Source: Burkholderiaceae bacterium
Lineage (GTDB): Bacteria; Pseudomonadota; Gammaproteobacteria; Burkholderiales; Burkholderiaceae_E
NCBI GenBank assembly: GCA_044370795.1
Contig: JBILUW010000001.1
Span: forward strand, 1-54,469
Direction: 5' to 3'
Length of the DNA stretch: 54,469 nucleotides
Each line of letters starts with the position of its first letter. Positions within the stretch are counted from its first letter, which is position 1. Positions 21,923 to 30,478 of this stretch are shown here, piece by piece. A program made the translations under genes and the position numbers. The notes beneath the pieces are model-generated. The model did not search any database. It saw nothing but the letters and a program-made list of their open reading frames with translations, and was not told the origin of the DNA.

Positions 21923-22368
21923 GCGAGCCCAGCGACGGCGTCGTGCACGTCTACACCGATGGTGCCTGCAAGGGCAACCCGGGCCCCGGCGGGTGGGGAG
22001 CGCTGCTGCAGGCCGGCGCCCAGGAGAAGGAGATCTTCGGCGGCGAGGCGCAGACCACCAACAACCGGATGGAACTGGTCGCCGTCATCCGGGCGCTGCA
22101 GGCGCTCAAGCGCCCGTCGCGGCTGGTGATCCACACCGATTCGCAGTACGTGCAGAAAGGGATCTCGGAGTGGATCCACGGCTGGAAGGCGCGCGGCTGG
22201 CTCACCGCCGACCGCAAGCCGGTCAAGAACGCCGACCTCTGGCGTGAGCTCGACGCCCTGGCCGCCGGCCATCAGATCAGCTGGCGCTGGGTGCGCGGCC
22301 ACCAGGGCCATCCGGGCAACGAGCGAGCCGACGCCCTGGCCAACCGCGGGGTGACGGCCGCGCGCTGA
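21919..22368 (+). CDS. rnhA: Ribonuclease HI
   Basis: [16 protein letters not shown]; TTNNRMEL; TDSQYV; VKNADLW; [15 protein letters not shown]. Confidence 0.97.
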   Translation: MSEPSDGVVHVYTDGACKGNPGPGGWGALLQAGAQEKEIFGGEAQTTNNRMELVAVIRALQALKRPSRLVIHTDSQYVQKGISEWIHGWKARGWLTADRKPVKNADLWRELDALAAGHQISWRWVRGHQGHPGNERADALANRGVTAAR

Positions 22369-22399
22369 GCCGGCCCGCGGGCGCTGCGGCGCACGCTCC

Positions 22400-23647
22400 T
22401 CAGGCGGCGTCGGCCGGCCGGCCGAGCGCGAGGTGGCGCGCCAGACGGGCCGCCCCATCGAGCAGCACCTGCTCCGGGCGGGCGAAACACCACCGCAGCC
22501 AGCCTTCCGATTCGTCTCCGAAGGCCGAGCCCGGCGCCAGTCCGAGCCCCGCCCGCGTGACCAGCTCGCGGGCCAGCGCCACGCTGTCGTCGAGGCCTTC
22601 GATCTTGAGGAACACGTACATGGCGCCGGGCGGCACGCCGGCGCGCACTGCCGGAATCTGCGCAAGTGCGCCCAGCAGCGCGTCGCGGCGCGTGCGCAGG
22701 CTGTCGACCAGCGCGCGCACCGCCGGCTCGCCTTGCTGCAGCGCGGCCATGGCAGCGCGCTGCACGAAGCCGGGGGCGCAGGAGGTATTGAACTCGAGCA
22801 GCTTGCCCAGGTCCTCGGCCAGGGCCGGCGGCACCACCAGCCACCCCAGGCGCCAGCCCGTCATCTGCCAGGCCTTGGAAAAGGTGTTGGCCACGATCAC
22901 GCGGTCGTGCGGGCCGGCGATGTCGAGCATCGAGGGCGCCGCCCGAGTGCCGTCGAAGATCAGGCGTTCATAGGCCTCATCGGCGATGATCCAGATGCCC
23001 AGCCGCCGCGTGTGATCGAGCAGGACGGCCAGTTGCCATGCCGGCATCACCCAGCCGGTGGGATTGGACGGCGAGTTCAGGATGAGTGCGCGGGTTCCGG
23101 GCGTGAGCGCGGCCAGCAGCCGATCGAGGTCGAGCCGCCAGTTGCCATGGGTATCGGGTTGGAGCGCGACGCGTTCGACCCGGGCGCCCAGCACCCGGGG
23201 AATCTCGGTGAGATTGGGCCACACCGGAACCACGGCAACGACCCGGTCGCCGGGGTCGAGCACCAGCTGCGCCGCCAGCATCAGGGCGTTGACGCCGGCG
23301 CTCGTGACCGCGATGCGGCCCGCATCGATCGGGCCGTGCAGATCGGTGAGATAGGTGGCCAGCGCTTCGCGCAGCGGCGCGATTCCCATGTTGTGGGTGT
23401 AGAAGGTGTCGCCTGCGGCCAGGGCGGCGGCGGCGGCTTCGCGCACGAACGAGGGTGTGACCCCGTCGGGCTCGCCGAACCAGAAGGGCAGCACGCCGGG
23501 TTGTCCGATTGCCGCGTTGGCGATCTCCCGGATCCGCGAGGCGGGCAGCTCGCGGATGGCGGCGCGCGCCCGCGCGCCGGTGTCGGGGGGCTGCGGCAGG
23601 CCGCCGTGGGTCACGCTGGGGGGCTCGGGCTGGGCTTCGTCGGTCAT
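22400..23647 (-). CDS. PLP-dependent aminotransferase class I/II
   Basis: WFGEPD; NSPSNPTG; DEAY; TFSKAWQMTGWRLGW (PLP-binding lysine). Confidence 0.92.
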   Translation of the reverse strand: MTDEAQPEPPSVTHGGLPQPPDTGARARAAIRELPASRIREIANAAIGQPGVLPFWFGEPDGVTPSFVREAAAAALAAGDTFYTHNMGIAPLREALATYLTDLHGPIDAGRIAVTSAGVNALMLAAQLVLDPGDRVVAVVPVWPNLTEIPRVLGARVERVALQPDTHGNWRLDLDRLLAALTPGTRALILNSPSNPTGWVMPAWQLAVLLDHTRRLGIWIIADEAYERLIFDGTRAAPSMLDIAGPHDRVIVANTFSKAWQMTGWRLGWLVVPPALAEDLGKLLEFNTSCAPGFVQRAAMAALQQGEPAVRALVDSLRTRRDALLGALAQIPAVRAGVPPGAMYVFLKIEGLDDSVALARELVTRAGLGLAPGSAFGDESEGWLRWCFARPEQVLLDGAARLARHLALGRPADAA

Positions 23648-23793
23648 GTTGTCGTGCGTGGGAAGGATCGTGTTGCCATCGCGGCCGGTGCCTCCGCAGG
23701 CGCCGGCCGCGATGGCATACCCGGAGACCGGCCAGGCACGGCCTGTGCTAGATTGCTCGGTTAGCGTGCGCGCCAGGGTGCAGGCCAGAGCGC

Positions 23794-23823
23794 GGGCCGG
23801 ATAAAGGGCCAGATAAAGGGCCG
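23794..23823 (+). repeat. 12-bp tandem direct repeat immediately before the RND adaptor start codon
   Basis: GGGCCG-GATAAAGGGCCA-GATAAAGGGCCG-GGATG. Confidence 0.7.
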
Positions 23824-23825
23824 GG

Positions 23826-25127
23826 ATGAAACGATTCGTCGTGTCGGTGGTGGCAGGCGCGGGACTGCTGGCGCTCGGATGGTGGGGCTACACCTATTAT
23901 CGGGGTGGCGCGGCGCCCGCGCTCGAGATCGGCGCCCCGCCGAAGTCCGACGGTTCGGGCAAGGCGGGCGGCAAGGCGCCAGAAGCCGGCGGCGGCCGAC
24001 CAGGGCCGCGCGGCCCGATCGCCGTCGAGGCAGGCGCGGCGCAGAAGGTTGCCCTGGCCGACGAGATCGGCGCCGTCGGAACGCTGCGGGCCAACGAAAC
24101 CGTGGTCGTCAAGCCCGAGATCGCCGGGCGCATCGTCCGCATCGGCTTCTCCGACGGGGCTCGCGTCAGCCGCAATACGGTGCTGGTCGAGCTCGATGCC
24201 TCCATTCTCGCGGCCCAGGTCGAGCAGACGCGGGCCGAACTCGCGCTCGCGCGCACCACGTTCGATCGCACCGACGACCTCGCCAAGCGCAATTTCGTCA
24301 GCGGCAGCGCCCGCGACCAGGCTGCCGCCACCCTCAAGATCCAGGAGGCGAGGCTGCAGCTGGCCGAGTCGCAGCTGGCCAAGACGCGCATCGTCGCGCC
24401 CTTCGATGGCGTGCTCGGCCTGCGCAACGTCAGCGTCGGCGATTTCGTGCGCGAGGGCGCCGATCTGGTCACGCTCGAAGACATCTCCAGCATGAAGGTC
24501 GACCTGCGCCTGCCCGAGCGTTACATCGGCCAGTTGCGCCGGGGGCAGCGAATCCAGCTCGCCTTCGACGGATTTCCGGGTCGCACCTACATGGCCACCC
24601 TCGATGCGCTCGACGCCCAGGTCGATGCCAACGGTCGCGCGCTGCTGGCACGGGGGCGCCTGGCCAACCCCGACGGCAGGCTGCGTTCCGGCATGTTCGC
24701 CAAGGCGCGCATCGTGCTCAGCGAAAAGCCCACGGCCGTGGTCGTCCCCGAGGAAGCGATCCTGCCGATCGGCGCCGACACGTTCGTCTTCCGCATCGTC
24801 GACGGCAAGGCGATGCGCACCAAGGTCGTCACCGGCATCCGCAAGGACGGCCAGGTCGAGATCGTCTCGGGCGTTGCCGAGGGCGACAGCGTCGTGACGG
24901 CCGGCCAGCTCAAGCTGCAGCGCGACGGCCTCGAAGTGCGCGTGATCGATCCCCGTCGCCGCGGCGCAGCCGACGCGGCTGCGCCCGACGGCGCGGGCAA
25001 GGGCGGTGGCAAGGGGCCTGGCACCCCGGACGGCCCGGGCAAGGACGGTGGCAAGGGGCAGGGCGCCCCGGGGCCTGGCACCCCGGACGGCCCGGGCAAG
25101 GATGGCGGCCCCCGCAAGGCGGGCTGA
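23826..25127 (+). CDS. RND efflux periplasmic adaptor (MFP) subunit
   Basis: N-terminal TM segment; VGTLRANETVVVKPEIAGRI; IVAPFDGVLG; LRSGMFA; Gly/Pro/Lys-rich tail. Confidence 0.93.
   Translation: MKRFVVSVVAGAGLLALGWWGYTYYRGGAAPALEIGAPPKSDGSGKAGGKAPEAGGGRPGPRGPIAVEAGAAQKVALADEIGAVGTLRANETVVVKPEIAGRIVRIGFSDGARVSRNTVLVELDASILAAQVEQTRAELALARTTFDRTDDLAKRNFVSGSARDQAAATLKIQEARLQLAESQLAKTRIVAPFDGVLGLRNVSVGDFVREGADLVTLEDISSMKVDLRLPERYIGQLRRGQRIQLAFDGFPGRTYMATLDALDAQVDANGRALLARGRLANPDGRLRSGMFAKARIVLSEKPTAVVVPEEAILPIGADTFVFRIVDGKAMRTKVVTGIRKDGQVEIVSGVAEGDSVVTAGQLKLQRDGLEVRVIDPRRRGAADAAAPDGAGKGGGKGPGTPDGPGKDGGKGQGAPGPGTPDGPGKDGGPRKAG
25013..25102 (+). repeat. 33-bp direct repeat (2 copies, 57-bp period) in the MFP tail
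   Basis: ggggcctggcaccccggacggcccgggcaagga at 25013 and 25070; encodes GPGTPDGPGKD twice. Confidence 0.85.
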
Positions 25128-25151
25128 GTCGGATCGCGACGGGAGGATTCC

Positions 25152-28100
25152 ATGGTCATATCCGACGTATGCATCCGCCGGCCGGTGTTCGCCACCGTGC
25201 TGTCGCTCGTCGTGCTGCTGCTGGGCCTGGTGTCCTATTCCCGCCTCACGGTGCGCGAGTACCCGAAGATCGACGAGCCGGTGGTCACCGTCGAGACCAA
25301 GTACCTGGGCGCATCGGCCGACATCATCGAGTCGCAGGTCACCAAGCCGCTCGAGGATTCGATCGCCGGCATCGAGGGCGTTGACGTTCTCACCTCGATC
25401 TCCCGGCCCGAGCAGAGCCAGATCACCGTGCGCTTTCGCCTCGACCGCGACCCCGACGGGGCGGCCGCCGACGTGCGCGACCGGGTGGCCCGCGTGCGCG
25501 CGCGCCTGCCCCGGGAAACCGACGAGCCGGTGGTCGCCAAGGTGGAGGCCGACGCCAACCCCGTCATCTGGCTGGCCTTCTCGAGCGACACCCGCTCGGC
25601 GCTCGAGGTCTCCGACATCGCGAGGCGCTTCATCAAGCCGCGCCTGCAGACGCTGCCCGGGGCGGCCGACGTCCGCATCTTCGGCGAGCGCCAGTACGCG
25701 ATGCGTATCTGGCTCGATCCCGACCGGCTGGCTGGCTATCGGCTCACGCCCGGTGATGTCGAGGACGCCCTGCGCCGGCAGAACATCGAGGTGCCCTCCG
25801 GGCGCATCGAGAGCTCACAGCGCGAGTTCACCGTTGTCTCCCAGACCGATCTGAAGCGCGTGGCCGAGTTCGAGGATGTGGTGGTGCGCAGCGTCAACGG
25901 CTACCCGGTCCGCGTCAAGGACGTCGCCCGGGTGGCGCTTGCGCCGCTCAACGAGCGCACCAGCGTGCGCTTCAACGGGCGCAACGCGGTGTCTCTCGGC
26001 ATCATCAAGCAGGCGACCGCCAATCCGCTAACGCTTGCCGCCGCGCTGAAGGCCGATCTTCCCCGCATCCGGGCCGAGCTTCCACCGGGCGTCAGCGTCG
26101 ACATCGCCAACGACACCACGCTGTTCATCGACCGCTCGATCCAGTCGGTTTACCGCACCATCTCCGAGGCCGTGGTCCTCGTCGCGCTGGTCATCTTCCT
26201 GTTCCTGGGCACGCTGCGCGCGAGCATGGTGCCCCTCGTGACCATCCCGGTGTGCCTGATCGGCTCGTTCGCGCTGATGCTGGCCGCCGGTTTCTCGATC
26301 AACACGCTCACGCTGCTTGCGCTGGTGCTGGCCATCGGACTGGTCGTCGACGATGCGATCGTCGTGCTCGAGAACATCCACCGGCACGTCGAGGCGGGCA
26401 TGTCGCCGGTCGCCGCGGCCTTCAAGGGCTCGCGCGAGGTCGGCTTCGCGGTCATTGCCATGACCCTCACCCTGGCCGCGGTGTATGCCCCGGTGGCCTT
26501 CACCACCGGGCGCACCGGGCGGCTGTTCGTCGAGTTCGCGCTCACGCTTGCGGGCGCGGTGCTCGTCTCGGGCTTCGTCGCGCTCACGCTCTCGCCCATG
26601 ATGTGCTCGCTGCTGCTGCGCCACGATCCCAAGCCCAACCTGCTGGTGCGCGGGATCGATGCGGTGGTCGGAGCCATGGTGCGCGGCTACGCGGCGGCGC
26701 TGCGCTTCACGCTGCGGGTGCGCTGGCTGGTCGTGCTCGTCGGGCTGGCGGTGGCCGGCGCCAGCTACACGCTGTTCACCGGCATGAAGCGCGAACTCTC
26801 GCCCATCGAAGACCGCGCAACCATCGTCGGCATCTTCAATGGTCCGGACGGCGCGTCGGTCGAGTACACGCAACGCTACGCGCGCCAGCTCGAGTCCATC
26901 CTGAGCACGGTCAAGGAAGCCGACCGGATCTTCGTCGTCGCCGGCTCGCCCACCGTGGCTCAGGGCATTACCTTCACCCGTATCATCGACTGGGACGCGC
27001 GCGAACGTCGGGTCCCCGACATCATCAAGGAGCTGCAGCCCAAGCTGCTGTCCATCCCCGGCGTGCTCGCCTTCGCGGTCGCGCCGGCCTCGCTGGGCCA
27101 GTCGCCACGAGAGCGCCCGATCAACTTCGTGATCCTCACCTCCGACACCCACGACCAGATGCAGAAGGTGATCGCGCCCATGCTCGCCGAGCTGCAGCGC
27201 GACGCCAGGCTGCAGGGGGTCGACAGCGATCTGAAGCTGAACAAGCCCGAGATCAAGGTGCGGATCGACCGCGACCGCGCGGCCGACGCCGGCATCCCGG
27301 TCGAATCGATCGGGCGGGCCCTCGAGACTTCGCTTGGTGGCCGTCAGGTCACGCGCTTCAAGCGCGACGGCGAGCAGTACGACGTGATCGTGCAGGTCGA
27401 CCCGGCCAAGCGGACCACGCCCGGCGACATCTCCAACATCTTCGTGCGCGGCCGCGGCGACGCGATGGTGCCGCTGTCCAGCGTGGTCTCGGCCAACGAG
27501 ACGGTGGCCGCCCGCGAGCTCAACCACTTCGGCCAGCGCCGAGCGGTCACCATCACCGCCAATCTCGCGCCCGGCACCTCGCTCGGTGAGGCCATCGACT
27601 TCCTCGAGGAATCGGCCCGGCGCCATCTGAAGCCCGGCTATGCGGTCGACTACAACGGCCAGACACGCGAGTTCAAGCAGTCGTCGTCAGCGCTGCTCGT
27701 CACCTTCGTGCTGGCGCTCGGGTTCATCTACCTGGTGCTGGCCGCTCAGTTCGAGAGCTTCGTCGATCCCTTCATCATCATGCTCACCGTGCCGCTTTCG
27801 ATGACCGGGGCGCTGGCGCTGCTGCAGTGGACGGGGGGCACCCTCAATGTGTACAGCCAGATCGGGCTGATCACGCTGGTCGGGCTGATCACGAAGCACG
27901 GCATCCTCATCGTCGAGTTCGCCAATCAGCTGCGCGACGAGGGCAAGACCATGACCGAGGCGGTGCTCGAGTCGGCCAGCCTGCGGCTGCGGCCCATCCT
28001 CATGACCACCGGCGCGATGGTCCTGGGCGCCGTGCCCCTTGCCCTGGCCAGCGGCGCGGGCGCCGAGAGCCGCAGGCAGATCGGCATGGTGATCGTCGGC

Positions 28101-28280
28101 GGCATGACCTTCGGCACGGTGCTCACGCTGTTCGTCGTGCCCACCGTCTACACGCTGCTCGCGCGGCGCCGCCGCGGCAACGTGTCGTCGGCGCCTGCGG
28201 CGGCCCCTGTCGCGCCGGCTGCCGTCGATGCGCCTGGCGCCCAGGCATCGGTGTCCCCGGGCGGCGCGGCCGGCTCCTGA
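25152..28280 (+). CDS. RND efflux permease (AcrB/AcrD/AcrF family)
   Basis: 1042 aa; IRRPVFATVL; GLVVDDAIVVLENI proton-relay motif; GLITKHGILIVEFA; RLRPILMTT. Confidence 0.96.
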   Translation: MVISDVCIRRPVFATVLSLVVLLLGLVSYSRLTVREYPKIDEPVVTVETKYLGASADIIESQVTKPLEDSIAGIEGVDVLTSISRPEQSQITVRFRLDRDPDGAAADVRDRVARVRARLPRETDEPVVAKVEADANPVIWLAFSSDTRSALEVSDIARRFIKPRLQTLPGAADVRIFGERQYAMRIWLDPDRLAGYRLTPGDVEDALRRQNIEVPSGRIESSQREFTVVSQTDLKRVAEFEDVVVRSVNGYPVRVKDVARVALAPLNERTSVRFNGRNAVSLGIIKQATANPLTLAAALKADLPRIRAELPPGVSVDIANDTTLFIDRSIQSVYRTISEAVVLVALVIFLFLGTLRASMVPLVTIPVCLIGSFALMLAAGFSINTLTLLALVLAIGLVVDDAIVVLENIHRHVEAGMSPVAAAFKGSREVGFAVIAMTLTLAAVYAPVAFTTGRTGRLFVEFALTLAGAVLVSGFVALTLSPMMCSLLLRHDPKPNLLVRGIDAVVGAMVRGYAAALRFTLRVRWLVVLVGLAVAGASYTLFTGMKRELSPIEDRATIVGIFNGPDGASVEYTQRYARQLESILSTVKEADRIFVVAGSPTVAQGITFTRIIDWDARERRVPDIIKELQPKLLSIPGVLAFAVAPASLGQSPRERPINFVILTSDTHDQMQKVIAPMLAELQRDARLQGVDSDLKLNKPEIKVRIDRDRAADAGIPVESIGRALETSLGGRQVTRFKRDGEQYDVIVQVDPAKRTTPGDISNIFVRGRGDAMVPLSSVVSANETVAARELNHFGQRRAVTITANLAPGTSLGEAIDFLEESARRHLKPGYAVDYNGQTREFKQSSSALLVTFVLALGFIYLVLAAQFESFVDPFIIMLTVPLSMTGALALLQWTGGTLNVYSQIGLITLVGLITKHGILIVEFANQLRDEGKTMTEAVLESASLRLRPILMTTGAMVLGAVPLALASGAGAESRRQIGMVIVGGMTFGTVLTLFVVPTVYTLLARRRRGNVSSAPAAAPVAPAAVDAPGAQASVSPGGAAGS

Positions 28281-28286
28281 GCGCGC

Positions 28287-29000
28287 ATGCGGCAGATCAT
28301 CCTCGACACCGAGACCACCGGCCTCACGGTGGATGACGGGCATCGGATCATCGAGATCGGCTGCCTCGAGATCGTCAACCGTCGCGCCACCGGCGCCAGC
28401 CTGCATTTCTATCTGAACCCCGAACGCGAGATCGACGAGGGGGCGCAGGCCGTCCACGGCATTTCGATCGACATGCTGCGCGACAAGCCGCGTTTCGCCG
28501 AGATCGCCGCCGAGCTCATCGGCTTCGTCGAAGGTGCCGAGGTGCTGATCCACAACGCATCCTTCGACATCGGCTTTCTCGACGCCGAGCTCGCTCGAGC
28601 CGGCCAGCCGCGCTTCGGCTCGTGCTGCCGGGTGCTCGACACCCTCGCCCTGGCTCGAGAGCTGCACCCGGGCAAGCGCAACTCGCTCGACGCGCTGTGC
28701 GACCGGTACGGGGTATCGAACGCCCACCGCAAGCTGCACGGGGCGCTGCTCGATGCCGAACTGCTGGCCGACGTCTATCTGGCCATGACCCGCGGTCAGG
28801 AAAGCCTCGAGATCGCGTTGCACGGCGAGCCCGCCGCCGGCTCCCTGACCGACGCGTCGGCGAGCTGGCCGCCCGCAGGGCTGGTGCTGCTCTTGCCGAC
28901 GGCCGCCGAGGAGCTCGCTCACCGCGAGTACCTTGCGGCGGTGGCGCGTGAGGCCCGCGGACCGTCGCTGTGGCAGCGCCTGGAGGCCGATCCGGCCTGA
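28287..29000 (+). CDS. dnaQ: DNA polymerase III epsilon subunit
   Basis: MRQIILDTETTG; HRIIEIG; HNASFD; HGALLDAELLADVYLAMTRGQ. Confidence 0.97.
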   Translation: MRQIILDTETTGLTVDDGHRIIEIGCLEIVNRRATGASLHFYLNPEREIDEGAQAVHGISIDMLRDKPRFAEIAAELIGFVEGAEVLIHNASFDIGFLDAELARAGQPRFGSCCRVLDTLALARELHPGKRNSLDALCDRYGVSNAHRKLHGALLDAELLADVYLAMTRGQESLEIALHGEPAAGSLTDASASWPPAGLVLLLPTAAEELAHREYLAAVAREARGPSLWQRLEADPA

Positions 29001-29034
29001 GGTTGCCGGCGGGGGCCGCGCGTAGCAGCGGGCC

Positions 29035-29058
29035 TAGTTCACGAGAAAGTGTGAACTA
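29035..29058. promoter_or_regulatory. Perfect inverted repeat TAGTTCAC-N8-GTGAACTA, candidate operator upstream of the PA14/pga operon
   Basis: Read directly: tagttcac gagaaagt gtgaacta, in an AT-richer intergenic region about 100 bp before ATG 29160. Confidence 0.55.
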
Positions 29059-29159
29059 TTACCGCTTTTTCTCCGTTCGTCCGTGATCCAATGCCTCCCG
29101 TCGGCCTGAGGAATCCTCCTATCCTGTGTTCCTTGAGCCTCTCATCGTGTGAGGTGATC

Positions 29160-30035
29160 ATGAAGCGTTCCGTCTCATCCTTTCTGGGCATCGCCGTGTC
29201 CGTCCTTTGCAGCACCGTCCGCGCCGACGTCGTCGTGAGCCCGTTCATCGCCGGTCCTTCTGGCGCCGGCACGGGCGTGAACGCGTCGTTCCTCATGATC
29301 GACAGCAACTGGCGCGGCAGCACGGTGGCCTGGAACGAATCCACCCGGCAGTACGGTACCGACCTCTCCGCGTCCGGGTTCGCGCCCATCGGCAGCTTCG
29401 GCTGGGGCACGGGTCTCTGGGGGCGCGCCGACTGGACCACCATCAACCAGGCCGGCTCCTCGGCACCCATCATCTCGACGGTTAACACGTTCGCGCCGTC
29501 GATCATGTTCGGCGACACCTGCTACAACCAGAACCCGACCTTCGGCTTCGCGTCTGTGCCCATCAACGGGATGGCTGCGCCGACCGCCTGCCCGGGCGCG
29601 GCTGCTCCGGTCGCGTTCAATGCCGACAACTGGACGTCGCGCTTCAACGGTTTCATCCGCGTGACCACCCCCGGCGCCTACAACTTCAGCGTCGGCTCCG
29701 ACGACGGCTTCTTCTTCGATCTGTACGGCGGTGGCGGAACCAAGCTCTCGATCGCTCGCGACTTCCTCAACAGTCGTACGCGGCAGGATTTCAGCCAGAA
29801 CCTGGTGCTCAGCGAGGGCCTGTATCAGTTCGAGCTCGGCGCCTGGGATCGTCTCGAGGCAGGCTTCGTCGATCTGCGCTGGAAGCTGCCGGGCGCGACC
29901 GACTACACCCTGATCCCCGCTCAGAACCTGGTCGCGAGCGCGGGCGGCGCGGTCGATCTTCCTGGCACCCTTGCGCTGGGTGCTGCCGCTGGCTTCTTCG
30001 GCTGGGCTGCCCGCCGTCGACGGCCTCGCACTTGA
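29160..30035 (+). CDS. Secreted PA14-domain protein with variant PEP-CTERM-type C-terminal sorting signal
   Basis: RBS GAGGTG; signal peptide MKRSVSSFLGIAVSVLCSTVRA; PA14 motifs DNWTSRFNGFIRVTTPGAYNFSVGSDDGF and GLYQFEL...LRWKLPG..IP..NL; tail VDLPGTLALGAAAGFFGWAARRRR. Confidence 0.8.
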   Translation: MKRSVSSFLGIAVSVLCSTVRADVVVSPFIAGPSGAGTGVNASFLMIDSNWRGSTVAWNESTRQYGTDLSASGFAPIGSFGWGTGLWGRADWTTINQAGSSAPIISTVNTFAPSIMFGDTCYNQNPTFGFASVPINGMAAPTACPGAAAPVAFNADNWTSRFNGFIRVTTPGAYNFSVGSDDGFFFDLYGGGGTKLSIARDFLNSRTRQDFSQNLVLSEGLYQFELGAWDRLEAGFVDLRWKLPGATDYTLIPAQNLVASAGGAVDLPGTLALGAAAGFFGWAARRRRPRT

Positions 30036-30052
30036 GGGGCTCGGCTTGACCG

Positions 30053-30478
30053 ATGGCTTCGCAGTCTGACAAGGGCGCCCCCGCGGCGCCCAGAGCCTAT
30101 TCGGTAAGCCACTCGCCGCCGCTGCGCTGGTGGCAGAAAGTCGGCCATTTCCTGATGGTCGTGCTGGGCTGGGTGCTGTTCATCTGGTTCTGGCACCTCG
30201 CCGCGGGCGAGCCCTGGGACAGCGCGCCGCTGATGTTCCTCATCATCGGCGCGATCATCGTTTCTCCCCTCGTCACGCTCTTCTGGATCTTCCACAACAT
30301 GGGGATCTACAAGCGCAAGGGCCCGCGCAAGGGGATGGCGGACGTCAAGCCCTACTACGACGTCGACTGGAGCGGTCGTGAGGTCAGCGCCGACTGGGTC
30401 ACGCTGGCCAACGCTCGGGTCGTGGTCATCGAGATCGACGAGTTCGGCAAGACCTACCGGGTCGCGAGCACCCGATGA
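30053..30478 (+). CDS. PgaD-like small two-TM accessory subunit
   Basis: 141 aa; two TM segments with W..F.WFW and FWIFHN...RKGPR; C-terminal ARVVVIEIDEFG; 4-bp overlap with the PgaC-like gene. Confidence 0.6.
   Translation: MASQSDKGAPAAPRAYSVSHSPPLRWWQKVGHFLMVVLGWVLFIWFWHLAAGEPWDSAPLMFLIIGAIIVSPLVTLFWIFHNMGIYKRKGPRKGMADVKPYYDVDWSGREVSADWVTLANARVVVIEIDEFGKTYRVASTR

Noticed and set aside
19861-25102. Short direct repeats as a possible CRISPR array
   Set aside because: Only two or three copies each, mostly in-frame within coding linkers, with no unique-spacer structure and no cas genes.
29001-29159. Possible c-di-GMP riboswitch or sigma54/PEP-CTERM-box promoter ahead of the glycan operon
   Set aside because: I cannot find the riboswitch consensus or a TGGCAC-N-TTGC element by eye; only the palindrome is supported. 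An Infernal/Rfam scan would settle it.
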